Of a stretch of 64,000 nt of DNA, positions 12,971 to 25,945 are shown piece after piece. The stretch's first letter is position 1; every line of letters begins with the position of its first letter. Source of the DNA: Antedon mediterranea (taxonomy: Eukaryota > Animalia > Echinodermata); assembly GCF_964355755.1 (NCBI RefSeq), contig NC_092671.1, positions 4,402,001-4,466,000 on the forward strand, read 5' to 3'. The position numbers and the translations under genes were made by a program. The notes under the pieces were generated by a model. The model saw only the letters and a list, made by a program, of their open reading frames with translations. It had not been told where the DNA came from and did no database searches.

Positions 12971-13774
12971 ATTTAATTCAGGAATTAATTCCCTGAAGAT
13001 TTGACACTTACATTGCAGTAGCGGTTCGGGATAACCCTAATGAATAAAGCATAGACGAATAATAAGAATAAGACAATCATAATACTTATCATTCTGACAA
13101 TAACGCTTATCTTAAAATACATGGAAAATTAGGTTGGCGTTTCCTAAACACATAGTTACTCTATTTTCTAAATACCTATTTTTCCTAAATGAAAGACAAT
13201 AACTTATATAATATCATAATAATAGCATCAATTTCTATATTTTCCTGGGCGCTACAAAAAGAAGCAACGTACTTAAGCATCTATGACAGTATCATAATAT
13301 TGACTTCTATTACAGATACTGTACATATAACAGAAATTCACATAAATGTACAAACTGCTACATCTACAGTTATACATTAAGATAATTATTTACTTCATCT
13401 GGCAAACGTTTCATTCACAAAAAATGTTTAAACTTTATTTCTAACAGTATGAGAAAATTCATAATATGTAGCAGGTTTTTCTGATTGTATTGATTCGCAT
13501 TAAGATTGTACTTTTGAATAGCGTAACCATAACATAATACAGCAATGACTCCATATGCAAAAGAACACATTTTTTCCCGCCGATGATGTGAACGAATTAG
13601 TGTTTAATGTTGCATTAAATCAAGCGCTCAGAAACGTTGCGGGGAAAACAAAACCCTTCAAAGATGTACGCACGCTCAAAAGAGAAAAATTGATACACTA
13701 CGATAGTAACAAATATTTTATTACGAACTGTGCAACTGAAAATTGATTACAGGTCTATTGACTCTTCACTTCAA

Positions 13775-14460
13775 TTAATAAACTAGATTTATGAATAATT
13801 CAGAATATCTATAAAAAAAACTAATACTAACGAATATTAGGCCTATTGTAATATTGTAAAGAATTGAAATACTGATAGTACGTTCAGCTATTCACCACCG
13901 GATTATACTAAACAAAATGCTTTAATTAATAAACTAAATTTATGAATAATTCAGAACATCTGAACAATTAAAACTTACTAAGGACTACATTAATATAATA
14001 TTAAAAATTGAAAGCAATATGATTCTTGTATGATCCTTAAAACGTTTATATACTGATGGTACGTTCAGCTATTCACAAACGGATTATACTAAACAAAATG
14101 CTTTAATTAATAAACTAAATTTATTCAGAACATCTGAAAAATTAAAATTTACTAAGGACTACATTCATATAATATAAAAAATTGAAAACAATATATTTCT
14201 TGTATCCTTAAAATGTTTATATACTAATACTGTAGTACGTTCAGCTATTCACCACCGGATTATACTAAACAAAATGCTTTAATTAATCAACTAATTTTAA
14301 AATTAATTCAGAACATCTGAAAAATTACAAATTACTAAAGAATACATTTATATAATATTAAAAATTGAAAACAGCATAATTCTAAAACATTATATACCGA
14401 TAGTACCTTCAGCAATTTATAACCGAATTATACTAAACAAAATTCTTTATTACTAAAACG
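13775..14460. repeat. Tandem repeat, about 4 units of 150-180 bp
   Basis: Recurrent ...GAATAATTCAGAACATCTGAA...GTACGTTCAGCTATTCACCACCGGATTATACTAAACAAAATGC. Confidence 0.85.
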
Positions 14461-14905
14461 ATTAACTATAATATTTGAAGATTTACAGATGCATTTAAAC
14501 ACATTTGGGACCCAACAAATATTTTCCCCTTAAGTATACAGAGACAATTTATATTACAGAGCATGAAACGGTGATATAGATTTACATTCAGTATTAGTTT
14601 ATATTATAATGACAACATGAGATAACAATAATATAAGGTACAATCCTCTCTAAATCACTAGGGAGAAGCCTACCAACGAATGCATCATAGTGACCGGTGT
14701 TTGACGTTGAATACTCAAATTAAGATACTGGAGGAATTATTTTTCAATTAATTCTTGAAGATAAAGAAACAATGTGAAATATTAAAACATAATGGGTTAC
14801 CTCCTTCACAAGTTTGCCTTATAATATATATTATATTTGTACCCTTATGTAAACAAACTAATTATAACTTTTTGCTTTATATTTCAAAATGTAATGGTCA
14901 TAATT

Positions 14906-15170
14906 TCAGACCTTTGTAGTACCTGCAACTACTTTCCTCCTGATTAAGCTATAGAAGACGTCAACGAATGCTTATCTAACACTGTCATTTACTACACTAT
15001 AATTATATCAAAGGATTTACAGAAGAGTTTTAAAAAAAGTTCCAAAAAAAAGACAATCAAAAGCCAATATTAATCCGTTCCAATATAATCTGATCTGAAA
15101 ATTAAACGGTGTCAAACAGCGACATTGACAGAAACTGTTCAGAATATTTTTCTCTCAGAGTTTAAACGAT
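14906..15170 (-). pseudogene. GPCR 3' fragment (ICL3 to C-terminus), frameshifted
   Basis: Aligns with 11372-11660 including downstream flank, with several indels. Confidence 0.8.
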
Positions 15171-16645
15171 AGATATACTTCTGTACTAAAGCACCCTCTC
15201 CCCAAAATATCTGTTCAGGAATATATCTATGGAATATCATAATTAACTTGTGTTGAAAACATTGGATACACGTATGTAGCTATAGATGTTAAATTCACGT
15301 GTTCAGATACATCACTGTTGATCGAGATTTCACTGTTTTTAATTTCCATTATGTCCATTGAAATTCTCTTCTTATCAAACAAATGTTTTCGGTGATAGTT
15401 AGGTTAAACATCCGTTACTGTGCGTTGATAATGTGCAGATAAAATAAACTCAGTCAGACTTTAAAACCTGTGTTGTGCTGGTATGTTGCAATACTTCTAC
15501 ATACCACATATCAAGTTCATTTGGCAAATGTATTTAACATCGGACTCTTTACAATCGTTTTATCTGGTAAACAAGTAATTATTAAATGTCGATTCATTAA
15601 ATGTTTTTGTGATGTCACATAAATGAAGATAATCTTACACTCTTGCATCAACGAACTAATCCTGTCATACCAATTCTTACTAAAGCACAGATGCCCAGAA
15701 TATCTCAGCTCTAATGGTTGTAACGTTTAAATTTCCAAACAAAGATACATTGCATTTGTTTTTACCTTTTTAAAATACGGGACTATACAACTGTGTGTAC
15801 TGTTTAGCCTTACATGTTACAAAGTCCGTATCATCCACAGTATCTGTGGACCAATTTTTTAATTTTCAAATGGACAGCAATCTAAGCAAGGCATGGTTTT
15901 CACTTTAAAAAAACACTCTCAAAACAGTTTGTCTGGTTAACGTTACATTTTGAAGGTGATCTAATTAAAGTTATTACGAATATCAAACTCAAGTCAATGA
16001 CTACGAAATGACTTCAAATTAAGAAGACGATATAAGATAAAGAAAAAGAAGCAAAAGAAACAAAAAAGACAAACAAAAACGAAAGATAAAAATTAAAAAA
16101 AACACATTTAAGAAAAACAAGAAAAGGGAAAAGGAGAAGGACAAGAAAAAAATCAATCAAGTTGTTGTTTTTAATTTTTACAGAGATTACTTACAAAAGA
16201 AATCAAAGCATATATAGAGTGGGCTTGTTGCAACTATACCTACATAACGAACTCAAACGTAACCATGTCGTTCAAAATCAATGTAAATTTACGTATAAAA
16301 AAGGTAGTTAGAATCACTTTGAGGTAGGCGACCATCGATTTCCAAATATACTGTTGTTTGTTAACTGCATTTGTAAAACCGGACACCATTCCAATTGGCA
16401 CAAAATATTAATGTTTATGAGTTGAATGGTGAGGATATGATTGACTGCTCTATTGAATTGTTAAACGTTGATTTATCTGTTTTGAAATGACATTTTTTTT
16501 GCTTGAAAATATTCTCTTAATATATTATATATATATATATATAATTTTTTTTTTATTATTATTATATTTCTCTGACACTACGTTCACGTAATTTTTCACA
16601 TTTAATGTTATAGAGTTAACTTTAATTATACATAAATTATAAACT

Positions 16646-17686
16646 TCAGACACTGACAGTACGTGCAGCTAATTTTCTCCTCATTGTTCTATAGAATACG
16701 TCGACAAATGCTTGTCTAAAAGTTTCATTCACAACATTATAAATCAACGGATTTACAGAAGAATTGAACAAACTTCCAAATCGACAAACAGTCACTAGCC
16801 AATTTAAATCCGTTCCAATAGAATCTAACAAAAAACACATAATGATGACATTCAACGGTGTCAAGCAGAGAACATAAACTGTGACTGTCACAAAAACTGT
16901 GCAGAATATTTTCCTCTCAGGTTTTGAACCTTGGTTGGTCTTGCAAGAATTCTTAACAACATTTTGGGATTTCCTTAAAGAATAAACCATAAGAAAACAT
17001 AACACTGCAATAATAACATTACCGAGTATATTAAGAACGAATTGAGTCGTCCACAAAATTGTAGAAATTTCAATGTAGGCTTCATTAAATTGGCACATAG
17101 TTTCACGATTGGAGACACCTCTATACATATCAGGCCAAGGAAGAATGACGTAGACACGTTCGTAAGCAATGACAAATTGTACAACATTTCCAGATAAACA
17201 AAATATCCATACAATTGCGCATATTTTCACAGATCTTGATAGGGTACCAAATCCACTTCTTTGAAACCAATAAGGTCTACAAACTGCCATATACCGCTCA
17301 ATGGAAAGCCAAAAAATCGTAAGAATTGCTACATGCCAGGCGACAGAAGTAAAGTAACCAGTAGCCAGTTCACAGTTCAAATTGTTCCCATCTATGTCAT
17401 AAATCGTATACGGTACCGAAATTAACTTAAGGTCAAAAAAGGGTCCCACTATTAAAGACATTGTATCAGCTATTGCCAAATTTGCTAGATACACGTACAC
17501 TGCATTGCGCAGTTTACTCACTATAACAATAAACGTCATTATGTTGCCCACAATTCCAAAAGCGACAACAACAGGAATGATATAGTAACGTAAAATCGTC
17601 TCCCAGTCACCAGGAAGGAACATATCTATGTAAGCGTCGTATTGTTCAAATTCATCATCGGATGCATTGCCACCTGATAGTGACAT
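16646..17686 (-). CDS. Single-exon class A GPCR, paralogue B (346 aa)
   Basis: Same 7TM motifs as paralogue A. Confidence 0.95.
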   Translation of the reverse strand: MSLSGGNASDDEFEQYDAYIDMFLPGDWETILRYYIIPVVVAFGIVGNIMTFIVIVSKLRNAVYVYLANLAIADTMSLIVGPFFDLKLISVPYTIYDIDGNNLNCELATGYFTSVAWHVAILTIFWLSIERYMAVCRPYWFQRSGFGTLSRSVKICAIVWIFCLSGNVVQFVIAYERVYVILPWPDMYRGVSNRETMCQFNEAYIEISTILWTTQFVLNILGNVIIAVLCFLMVYSLRKSQNVVKNSCKTNQGSKPERKIFCTVFVTVTVYVLCLTPLNVIIMCFLLDSIGTDLNWLVTVCRFGSLFNSSVNPLIYNVVNETFRQAFVDVFYRTMRRKLAARTVSV

Positions 17687-17809
17687 GTTTGTTTTCAGAA
17701 CTGTTTCTCGGTCTTATGTTCTGCTTCAAAATTAAAAATGAATAAAATAAAGTACATGGAGAAGTTTGTACTGCTTCTTTTTAAAATATATTTCTATATC
17801 GATTCTACT

Positions 17810-18060
17810 TGAAATAGCGTAACCATAACATAACATAGCAACGACCCAACTTTAACAGAGCAAATTTCTCTCGATACTGATGTGAAATGTGAATCCGTGT
17901 TCAATTTAATTGTTGCAATCAATCAAGTGCTAACAAACTGAGATAAATACTTAATAAAATAACTGAGGGCGCTCTATTTAACTATCTAATGCGATGAAGT
18001 ATAATTCAGGTGGCCATGATAATTATGTCACGGTATCAAAAAGGCAAAATATTACCGGTT
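17810..18060. promoter_or_regulatory. Conserved upstream module (TGAGGGCGCTCT at about 17964-17975)
   Basis: Homologous to 12535-12700 and 27860-28110. Confidence 0.5.
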
Positions 18061-18191
18061 CTGATTTGTTATGATTTTTTTATTTGTTTTATCTTGTACA
18101 TATACAAATTGTACAATAAGAGCTCTACAATAAAATAATCAAAAATTCACAAAGGAAAATAGTTATTTTCTGTTTGAAAAATTAAATGTAA

Positions 18192-18760
18192 AGGGCAGGT
18201 GCGGGCAAAAAATTTCTATTGATCATACATTCCAATAATTATCGATCTATAGTTTCCCCTATGTTTCATAATTTTTGGGACTTTATTTGTGTTACACGAG
18301 CTTGTTGAAAATAAGCACTTTCTTATCAGTGGGGGGATAGTTCAAATTACACAGTAAAATCTCTATTCTTTTGTACACAAATTTTGTAAATAGAGAGGCA
18401 TTTTAAAAAGCTACGAAAAATAAACAGTGTGGTAAAAAATGTTAGCAGATGACTAAGTATAGGTAATATAACTTGAATATTACATTTCTGGAATTTTTAT
18501 TCAACTTCAAATTATCCACCGTATATCCACCATCTTTTTTCATCTTCTAGGGAGTCACAAGACATGTTATTACATTAGGTTAACTACCTAACTACTGAAA
18601 AAAGGGTCTTCCTGGTTTTTATGGAAGAATTTTGCAAAATGTTGTATTTGGCCATATTAAGGGAAATTCATGTTTTTTCGTCTTGATTTCTGTTACAAAT
18701 ATTTGATTTATGTACAATTAACCAAATATTATATTTAAAATTCATGCCTGCACCTGAGCT
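18192..18760. mobile_element. MITE with imperfect TIRs and TTAA-type target (Kolobok-like)
   Basis: AGGGCAGGTGCGGGCA ... TGCCTGCACCTGAGCT|TTAA. Absent from the paralogous site near 28210; partial second copy at 37961-38437. Confidence 0.75.
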
Positions 18761-19021
18761 TTAAATATATAATGATAACTATAAAGAAATGACATATTAT
18801 AATGATGCTTGGAAACAATAAGGTTAACGATGCAGTAGGCATATCGTCATTGTGTTAACTTTTGTTTTGACTTTTAAACCTTTACTTCTTTTGTAAGTGT
18901 AGTATAGCAAAATATAACAAAATTAATTAAAAAAGAAGGTAATATGAAATATAAAAAAGTAAACATTTTGAATTTACAAAATTTAAAATGTTTTACCACT
19001 GATGAATGAAAGATAAAACAC

Positions 19022-19473
19022 GTGTTTTATCCGTGTATCCACGCTCACCCAACCCATACAATCACGTCACTCCGGCTCTCCGTAGTCTTCATTGGCTACG
19101 AGTCGAAAAGCGCATAATTTTTAAAATACTTATCTTAACCAATAAAGCTCTCTCGTTCAAATCCCTTCATATCTCTCTGACCTTCTTTCTTTTCACATAC
19201 CTTCCCGTCGTCTTCACTCATTTTCAAAAAATCTCCTTTCCATTCCAACTTTTAACATTAAAAACGTATGGCCTATAAGCACCTTCACTTCTGCTGCCTT
19301 TCGCTTATGGAATGACCTACCCGCCTCTATTAGATCACGTTCGTCTACTATCGCCTTTAAATCTGCCTTAAAAACTCTTTTTTTCCTTTCAGATTGAGCT
19401 CTCTTATACACCGCGCCTTTGATCACCTACTGCTGGAATTGGCGCGTTACAAATTCGTATATACTATTATTAT
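19022..19473 (+). mobile_element. L2-type LINE 3' fragment
   Basis: HVTPALRSLHWL, RLWNDLP; ends GGCGCGTTACAAAT then (TAT)n. Absent from the paralogous site near 31858. Confidence 0.8.
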
Positions 19474-19679
19474 TAGAAAAATAGCAAAAAATGTGATAAT
19501 AATAAAAACAATATAAAAATGTTATGATGATGGCATGACTAAGATGATATTAATGTGAATAAAAGTGGTGTTTATGCCACAAAAAAGAACAAAAAGACTA
19601 TTTGTTGCACTGGCCATCTACAAATCAACTAGTCATCTAACTGTGATCTGCCACATTGTATCCCTGTAAATTGTAAGTT

Positions 19680-20628
19680 ATGTATGTAGGCTGATGACTC
19701 AACGTTAACGTACAGTTCCCCTCTCCAGCGTTGAAGATATTGAAAATAACTTAAACATAGCACTGGACACAGTTAACAGTTACAATAAATTCAAACAAGA
19801 CTAAATCCATGCTCATTGGATCCAAAAAGAAAATTTCCAATGTTCAACTTAATATTGCTATTGACAATAATGTAATTGTAAGAGAAGCGAATTGTAAATA
19901 CCTAGAGGTAATTATTGATGAGACATTAAGTTGGACGCCACATGTTGAACATGTTAAGAAAACAGTTTCATCTTAACTGGGTATGTTAAGCATAGTACAG
20001 GGCTGTGTCCCCCAACGCAGTCTAAACACACTCTATGTAAGTTTAGTGAGGCCATCGTTCGACTACTGCTGTACAGTATGGGGAGGTCGATACATATTCC
20101 ACAATACTTTGCTTAACAAATGCATAAAAAGAGCAGCTAGACTAATATTAAAGTGTGATTTTTTTTACCCCATCATCTCATATGTTTTCAAATTTGAACT
20201 GGCTCCCGTTTTCCGAAAGAGTCACATATAAAAAAGCCATACTCGTTTATTTTTACTCTCAACAATCTGTCACCCCAGGCATGACAAACCTATTCACTCC
20301 ATTACCTCAAACTCGTGAAACAAGGCAGTCAACTGTTGAAGTTGAAGGTCCTTTTTGCGAAAAAGGAAAGTTACCTCACGAGTTTTTGTGTAAGTGTGAC
20401 AAATATATGGAACAATTTATATATTGACTTGAGAACCGAGACTTCTGTAAGTGATTTTAAATCCAATTTGTATGATACAATGCATTAAGTACAATTAAGA
20501 CCTTACTGTGTTCAAAATGAGAGGAGCTTCGTTACCCTCAAATAACGTAAAATGCAGGGCCCCAATGGAAACCAGTTTTTAACTGTTTGGGCTACCGTGG
20601 GTAAATAAATGTAATAATAATAATAATA
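19680..20628 (+). mobile_element. CR1/L2-group LINE 3' fragment, degenerate
   Basis: ADDST, KYLGVIIDETLSW, FDYCCTVWG; ends AATAAA then (TAA)n. Confidence 0.8.
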
Positions 20629-20669
20629 TCAATACTGAAAGAACTGAAATAGACGAAAGGGTGAGAAAG

Positions 20670-21105
20670 AGGTGAATTTTGTCCAAAATGGGGAAATTTC
20701 TGTCCACAATGGGGAAATATTTTGTCCATAATAAGGACAAAAGCGATAGGTGGCGCTATAATCGTGTCCAAAGTGGGGAAGCTGTTCAATATAGAGAAAT
20801 CCGATTTGTCCAAAATGGAGAAATTTCTGTCCAGGATTGGGAAGTAGTGTCGCTAAATCGTGTCCAAAATGGGTACATCTCTGTCCAGGATGGGGAAGTG
20901 CTGTCCAAAATAGGGAAGCTGTCCAAAATAGAGAAATCAGATTTGTCCAAAATGGAGAAATTTCTGTCTAGGATGGGGAAGTGCTGTGTCCAAAATAGGG
21001 GAGCTGTCCAATATAGAGAAATCCAATTTGTCCAAAATGGGGAAATTTCTGTCCAGGATGGGGAAGTGCTGTGTCCAAAATAGGGAAGCTGTCCAATATA
21101 GAGAA
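20670..21105. repeat. Complex minisatellite built on TGTCCAAAAT(G/A)GGGAA subunits of about 18-21 bp
   Basis: About 20 subunits with higher-order repetition; degenerate reverse-complement copy at about 22330-22512. Confidence 0.85.
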
Positions 21106-22519
21106 GGCAAAACATTAGAAAAACATATTTAAGAAACTTTTTTTGTTTTAAAAACTTTAATAAAGTTAACTACCAATGTACACTTCTAACCTGCAACATT
21201 ACAAAATGTACACAATAATACCAGTACTATGTTAACACTTTACAAGTAGGCCTTCTTTTGAAGTGGAAAGGTGTTCTATTAATTAAATAATTAACACCGT
21301 TATCAGCTATTTTTAAGTATAATAAAGATTTAGTTATATGGTTCCTATTTACCTCTAATGTAAATTTTCACTGAATCTATAAATTTATCTAACACCGGCA
21401 CCGCCATTATTATACCACATCAAGTAAGAGTACAAAATATTTATTAATATAATTAATACAGGTTGTCACTTCTTTTCCTTCATTTTACCCTTTTTATTTT
21501 TTCTTTTTTTTTCGACCACAGACCACGTTATTAATCTACCGTCCCATGCAGTAATTCCAAATAGAATTTCGACCACATAATGGAATCCTTGAGTTATTAT
21601 AGCAACTCAATGGTTTCAAATCAAACGTACACGCCGCATCATTAATTTCCTGCTATAAACAAAGTGATATCATTGACGATCGTGCAATATTTGGCCTAAT
21701 TTTTCTCATTGTACAATACTATATGAGTGTTTGCATATAAAACTTTGTGTCAATACAAATGTTATTAGTGAGTAACTATCTATCAATGTTTATTAAAACC
21801 AACATAAGTAAAACAATCACTATTTGTAGTTGAATGACCGATGACAACAGTGTTCCATTCTTTGTTTGCAAAATTATATCAAAATCACTTCAATGAAAGG
21901 CAACCACACCTAATGTAAAAAAAATTAATATAAAGTATGAAATTTTCAAAATTTTAATGCAAAAGATAGGACATCAAATCAAGTTAAGCACTTAATTTCA
22001 GTACTTTTAGGCGCTGTCCTCCCCATAAAGAGAAGAGGAAGAGTCCACCTACATTTAAAAATACTGGAGTCACCACTGGCCCAACTAGGCCTACGGTACC
22101 TGGTGATTAATTATTTTGTATACTTGCAGTATGCCTGATAATGATATGCTGAAGAAAATTGCCAACTTGCTATGATCAAGCCAGTTGCATAGTGGAGAAT
22201 TAGTGCAGCATTTGTCTTTGATTTGTATACATCATACATGATGATGATTATTATTATTATTGATTCATATGGTTCAACATACCTTTAGGCCTACCAGACG
22301 TCTTAAATATTAATTGAATGCTTCCATAACTGAGACATTCCCTATATTGAATAGTCTCTATATATGCGGAACAGATTTTCGACACGATGTAGCGCTATTC
22401 TTGACAAAAACTTTTCCCGTTTTGAACATTTCCGAATTTCTCTAAATATTTGACAGTTTCTCTTTTATACAATTCGGAAAAATCGGATTTCTCTAGGCCT
22501 ATATTTGATAGGCCTGACA

Positions 22520-22826
22520 TAAACCATAAAAGAACAATCACTCGCAACCAACAGAACAAATTCCTCCCGATGATGTGATAGAATCAGTGTTAATGTTAAA
22601 ATACATGACAACATAATAGAGGGCGCTCTGTTTAACAATTTTGGAGGGGCTGTTATGAGTGTAATTCAAGAGGCAATGAATCACGATATCCAAAAGGCAA
22701 CATTATACATGAATTCATATCTAAAAATAAACAGAATATATAATAAGTTATAAATGTGAGGGCAAACTTACAATCTTATGTGCTATAACATATTAAAATA
22801 TACAGTGTGGGTGAAATCACGTGATA
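22520..22826. promoter_or_regulatory. Orphan GPCR upstream module with no adjacent coding sequence
   Basis: Close match to 41550-41850, including AGAGGGCGCTCT at 22618-22629. Confidence 0.6.
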
Positions 22827-25017
22827 CTAGTTGGCACGCTCGCGTACCATTAGTCATGCCCACAAATGGTTCTCGAATACAAAGCAATTTCAAATATACG
22901 TACCACAGGATTATTAATACATTTTCGTTTACAGAAATATAAATTTATACGAATAAATAGCTCACGATTATTGATGTAGGCCTAGTCAACTAAAATTAGC
23001 ACCACGAGAATTACTTCCGAAAGAGAAACTTGTTTGTTTGTTTGAAATGTTTGATTTGGACTCATTTAAATAAGTTGTGTTTTGTATGTAACATTAGTGT
23101 TGAAGGATGGGGAAGAAGATGGGTAGAAAGGAACTATTTTTAAGTACATTCTTTATCCACTCAGTAACGAGTTACGAAATATTTTTTTCATGTTTTATAG
23201 GCTTATAAATAATATACCACTAAATACAGTAAAAAATAATTTGTTAAAACTTTTACACTTTCATAGTCAATTGTGTTAAACCAAATAATGTGGAGTGTTC
23301 CATTCATCGCAAATCAATGCATTTGTATAAACTTATATTAAATCTATCAAAATAGTATTTTTTAAGGAAAAACGGCCTGTCTTCAACATTATGATGCTGT
23401 ACTTGAGCTGTTCAACCGGATTCAGCTATTAAAATGATTGTAGGAGGAGATAGGTAAATTCGAAGCATCCTCGTATTATTGTGTGCGGGTATTTTTAAAG
23501 ATGGACATCCATTTGACAGTGTATACCACGATAGGTAAAAACACCTATTTAGGGCAAATCGTTGAACATAAATTCGTTTTAATTGTCAATAACTAATTAT
23601 TTAACTCAATTGAATTGGTTACATCAGGTGGTTCAAAATATTTTTTTCATGTTTTATAGGCCTATAAATAATATACAACTAATAAATACAGTATCACATT
23701 TGCGATTTAATACTTTGTTAAAACTGTCACTGTCATAGTCGATAGTACATGTAACGATACACCACAATGTTTATTTTGTTGTAATTATTAATTAATACAA
23801 ACGTTGAGAAGCAACTGTCAGTAACTAAGTATTTTTAAAGATGGACATCAATTAGACATAGTACATGTAACGATACACCACTACAACGTTTATATTTGTT
23901 GTCATTATTAATTTGATATGAAAAGCAACTGTCAGTAACAAAGTTTATTTGTACATTGTGCGTTTAAATATCTAACAGTAGGGCCTACCCACACTCACAG
24001 TAATAACTTTATTTGTACATGTGTTATATCTAACAGTACACACACTCGCAGTAAAGAAAATGCGATTCAAATAGCGACCAAAAATGGCAAATCGTTGAAC
24101 CTAAATGCGGTTTAACTGTCAATAACTAATTATCTAACACAATTTAATTTGTGAACAGGGTTAAATCAGGTTGTTCAAAATATATTTTCATGTTTTATAG
24201 GCCTATACATAATATACCACTAAATACAGTATCACATTTGCGATTTAATACTTTGTTAAAACTGTCACTGTCATAGTCGATAGTACATGTAACGATACAC
24301 CACTACAACGTTTATTTTGTTGTAATTATTTAATTAATACAAACGTTGAGAACCAACTGTCAGTAACAAAGTATTTTTCAAGATGACATCCATAAGAAAC
24401 TGTATACAACGATCGAAAAACAACCCTATTTGAGGGAAATTGTTGAACCTAAATTAATTTTAATTAGCAATAACTAATTATCTAACACAATTTAATTAGT
24501 GAACAGGGTTACATCAGGTGGTTCAAATAATTTTTCATTTTTTAATGCCTATAAATAATGTACCACTAAATACAGTATCGCATTTGCGATGTAATACTTT
24601 GTTAAAACTGTCACTGTCATAGTCGATAGTACATGTAACGATACACCACTACAACGTATATTTTGTTGTAATTATTTAATTAATACAAACGTTAAGAAGC
24701 AACTGTCAGTAACAAAGTATTTTTCAAGATGACATCCATAAGACAGTGTATACAACGATCGAAAAACACCCCTATTTGAGGGAAATTGTTGAACCTAAAT
24801 TAGTTTTAATTGGCAATAACTAATTATCTAACACAATTTAATTAGTGAACAGGGTTACATCCGGTGGTTCAAATATTTTTTTTCATTTTTTAATGCCTAT
24901 AAATAATATACCATTAGATACAGTATCGCATTTGCGATTTAATACTATGTTAAAACTGTCACTGTCATAGTCGATTGTACATGTAAAGACACACCACTTC
25001 AACGTTTATATTTGTTG
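22827..25017 (-). mobile_element. Non-autonomous Helitron (3' portion) with internal tandem duplications of about 350 bp
   Basis: Minus-strand 3' end ATGGTACGCGAGCGTGCCAACTAG at an A|T site (GTGATA|T in the paralogue near 41845-41851). Homologous to 58112-59561. Confidence 0.8.
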
Positions 25018-25160
25018 TCTATATATAAATTTACGTAAGGGCAAAATTCGGTAAATCGCGCGTTACTTCTAGAATTTTTACCCGATGGTATATAAAGTTG
25101 ATTCGTACTTTCGGTATTGAGTATAACCACCTGATGTAACCCTGTTTACTAATTAATTAT
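25018..25160 (+). mobile_element. 5' end of the same Helitron family, opposite orientation
   Basis: TCTATATATAAATTTACGTAAGGGCAAAATTCGG matches 58112 onward. Confidence 0.8.
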
Positions 25161-25161
25161 A

Positions 25162-25345
25162 CAATTTGATCTCTGGTGCGCGTGCGTACAACTGAGGACT
25201 AGTGCTGCTCCGCCGTACCATGCCGAGAATGTTAAAGCTATCCAATCGAGTTTGAACATTACCATGAAAGTGGTCTAATAGTTAGGACATCTGCATATCA
25301 AGCATGACGGTCCGAGTTCGAGTTTCGGTTGGGGCGACTTTTTCT
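25162..25345 (+). repeat. Dispersed repeat followed by a degenerate tRNA-like segment
   Basis: 25162-25270 is the reverse complement of 53185-53298. 25270-25337 has A-box-like TGGTCTAATAG and B-box-like GAGTTCGAG. Confidence 0.55.
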
Positions 25346-25610
25346 CATTCTCACAGATTTCTTCATCTTTATCGTTTAAAATTAATTAATTACATTTCAG
25401 TATCACCGGGCAGGTTGATAGATGACGGCCTACAAGGTACTAGATAGTGTGGTGAAACATTGGAGTAACTTTACTCCATGGATGAAACACAGATTAATTC
25501 TGAATTTAGTTCATTTATCAAAATGCTGAAAAAATGGTGTGTTTAAAAACGTATAACAACTTCATCTGGTAAACTCATCGTCGTCATTACTTTTGTATTG
25601 TCTACCAAAT

Positions 25611-25945
25611 TCATTCATTCATTCATTTATTCGGTCAAGATCAACATACAATACATGATTATATAACAAAGTTAAAATACAGAAATTTATAACTTGAGAC
25701 TAACAATTAATAAGAAAGAAAAATGTAAAACAATGCAAATGTCTAAAACGATGGTTTTATGTTATATATTTACCAGTTTTTTCTTTTGTTCGCTAAGTAT
25801 TCTTTGACCAGTTTTCTAAATATCCTAACACTCATGGTGTTTTTTATGTCGTTTGGTAATTTGTTCCAGTCATTAATGGCTTTAGCATAAAAAGGTCCAT
25901 TGATAGCTTTAGAAGCTTTTGGCAGAATAAAGTTGAATTCACATT
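25611..25945 (-). mobile_element. LINE 3' fragment with (TGAA)n tail
   Basis: Minus strand reads FYAKAINDWNKLP, then AATAAA and (TGAA)n. Confidence 0.65.

Noticed and set aside
15834-15850. Hairpin TCCACAGTATCTGTGGA
   Set aside because: Short arms and no flanking direct repeat.
20592-21115. Repetitive ORFs on both strands
   Set aside because: Translations of the minisatellite.
25270-25337. tRNA gene (also 31018-31080)
   Set aside because: Stems do not pair properly and both lie within repeats; treated as tRNA-derived remnants.
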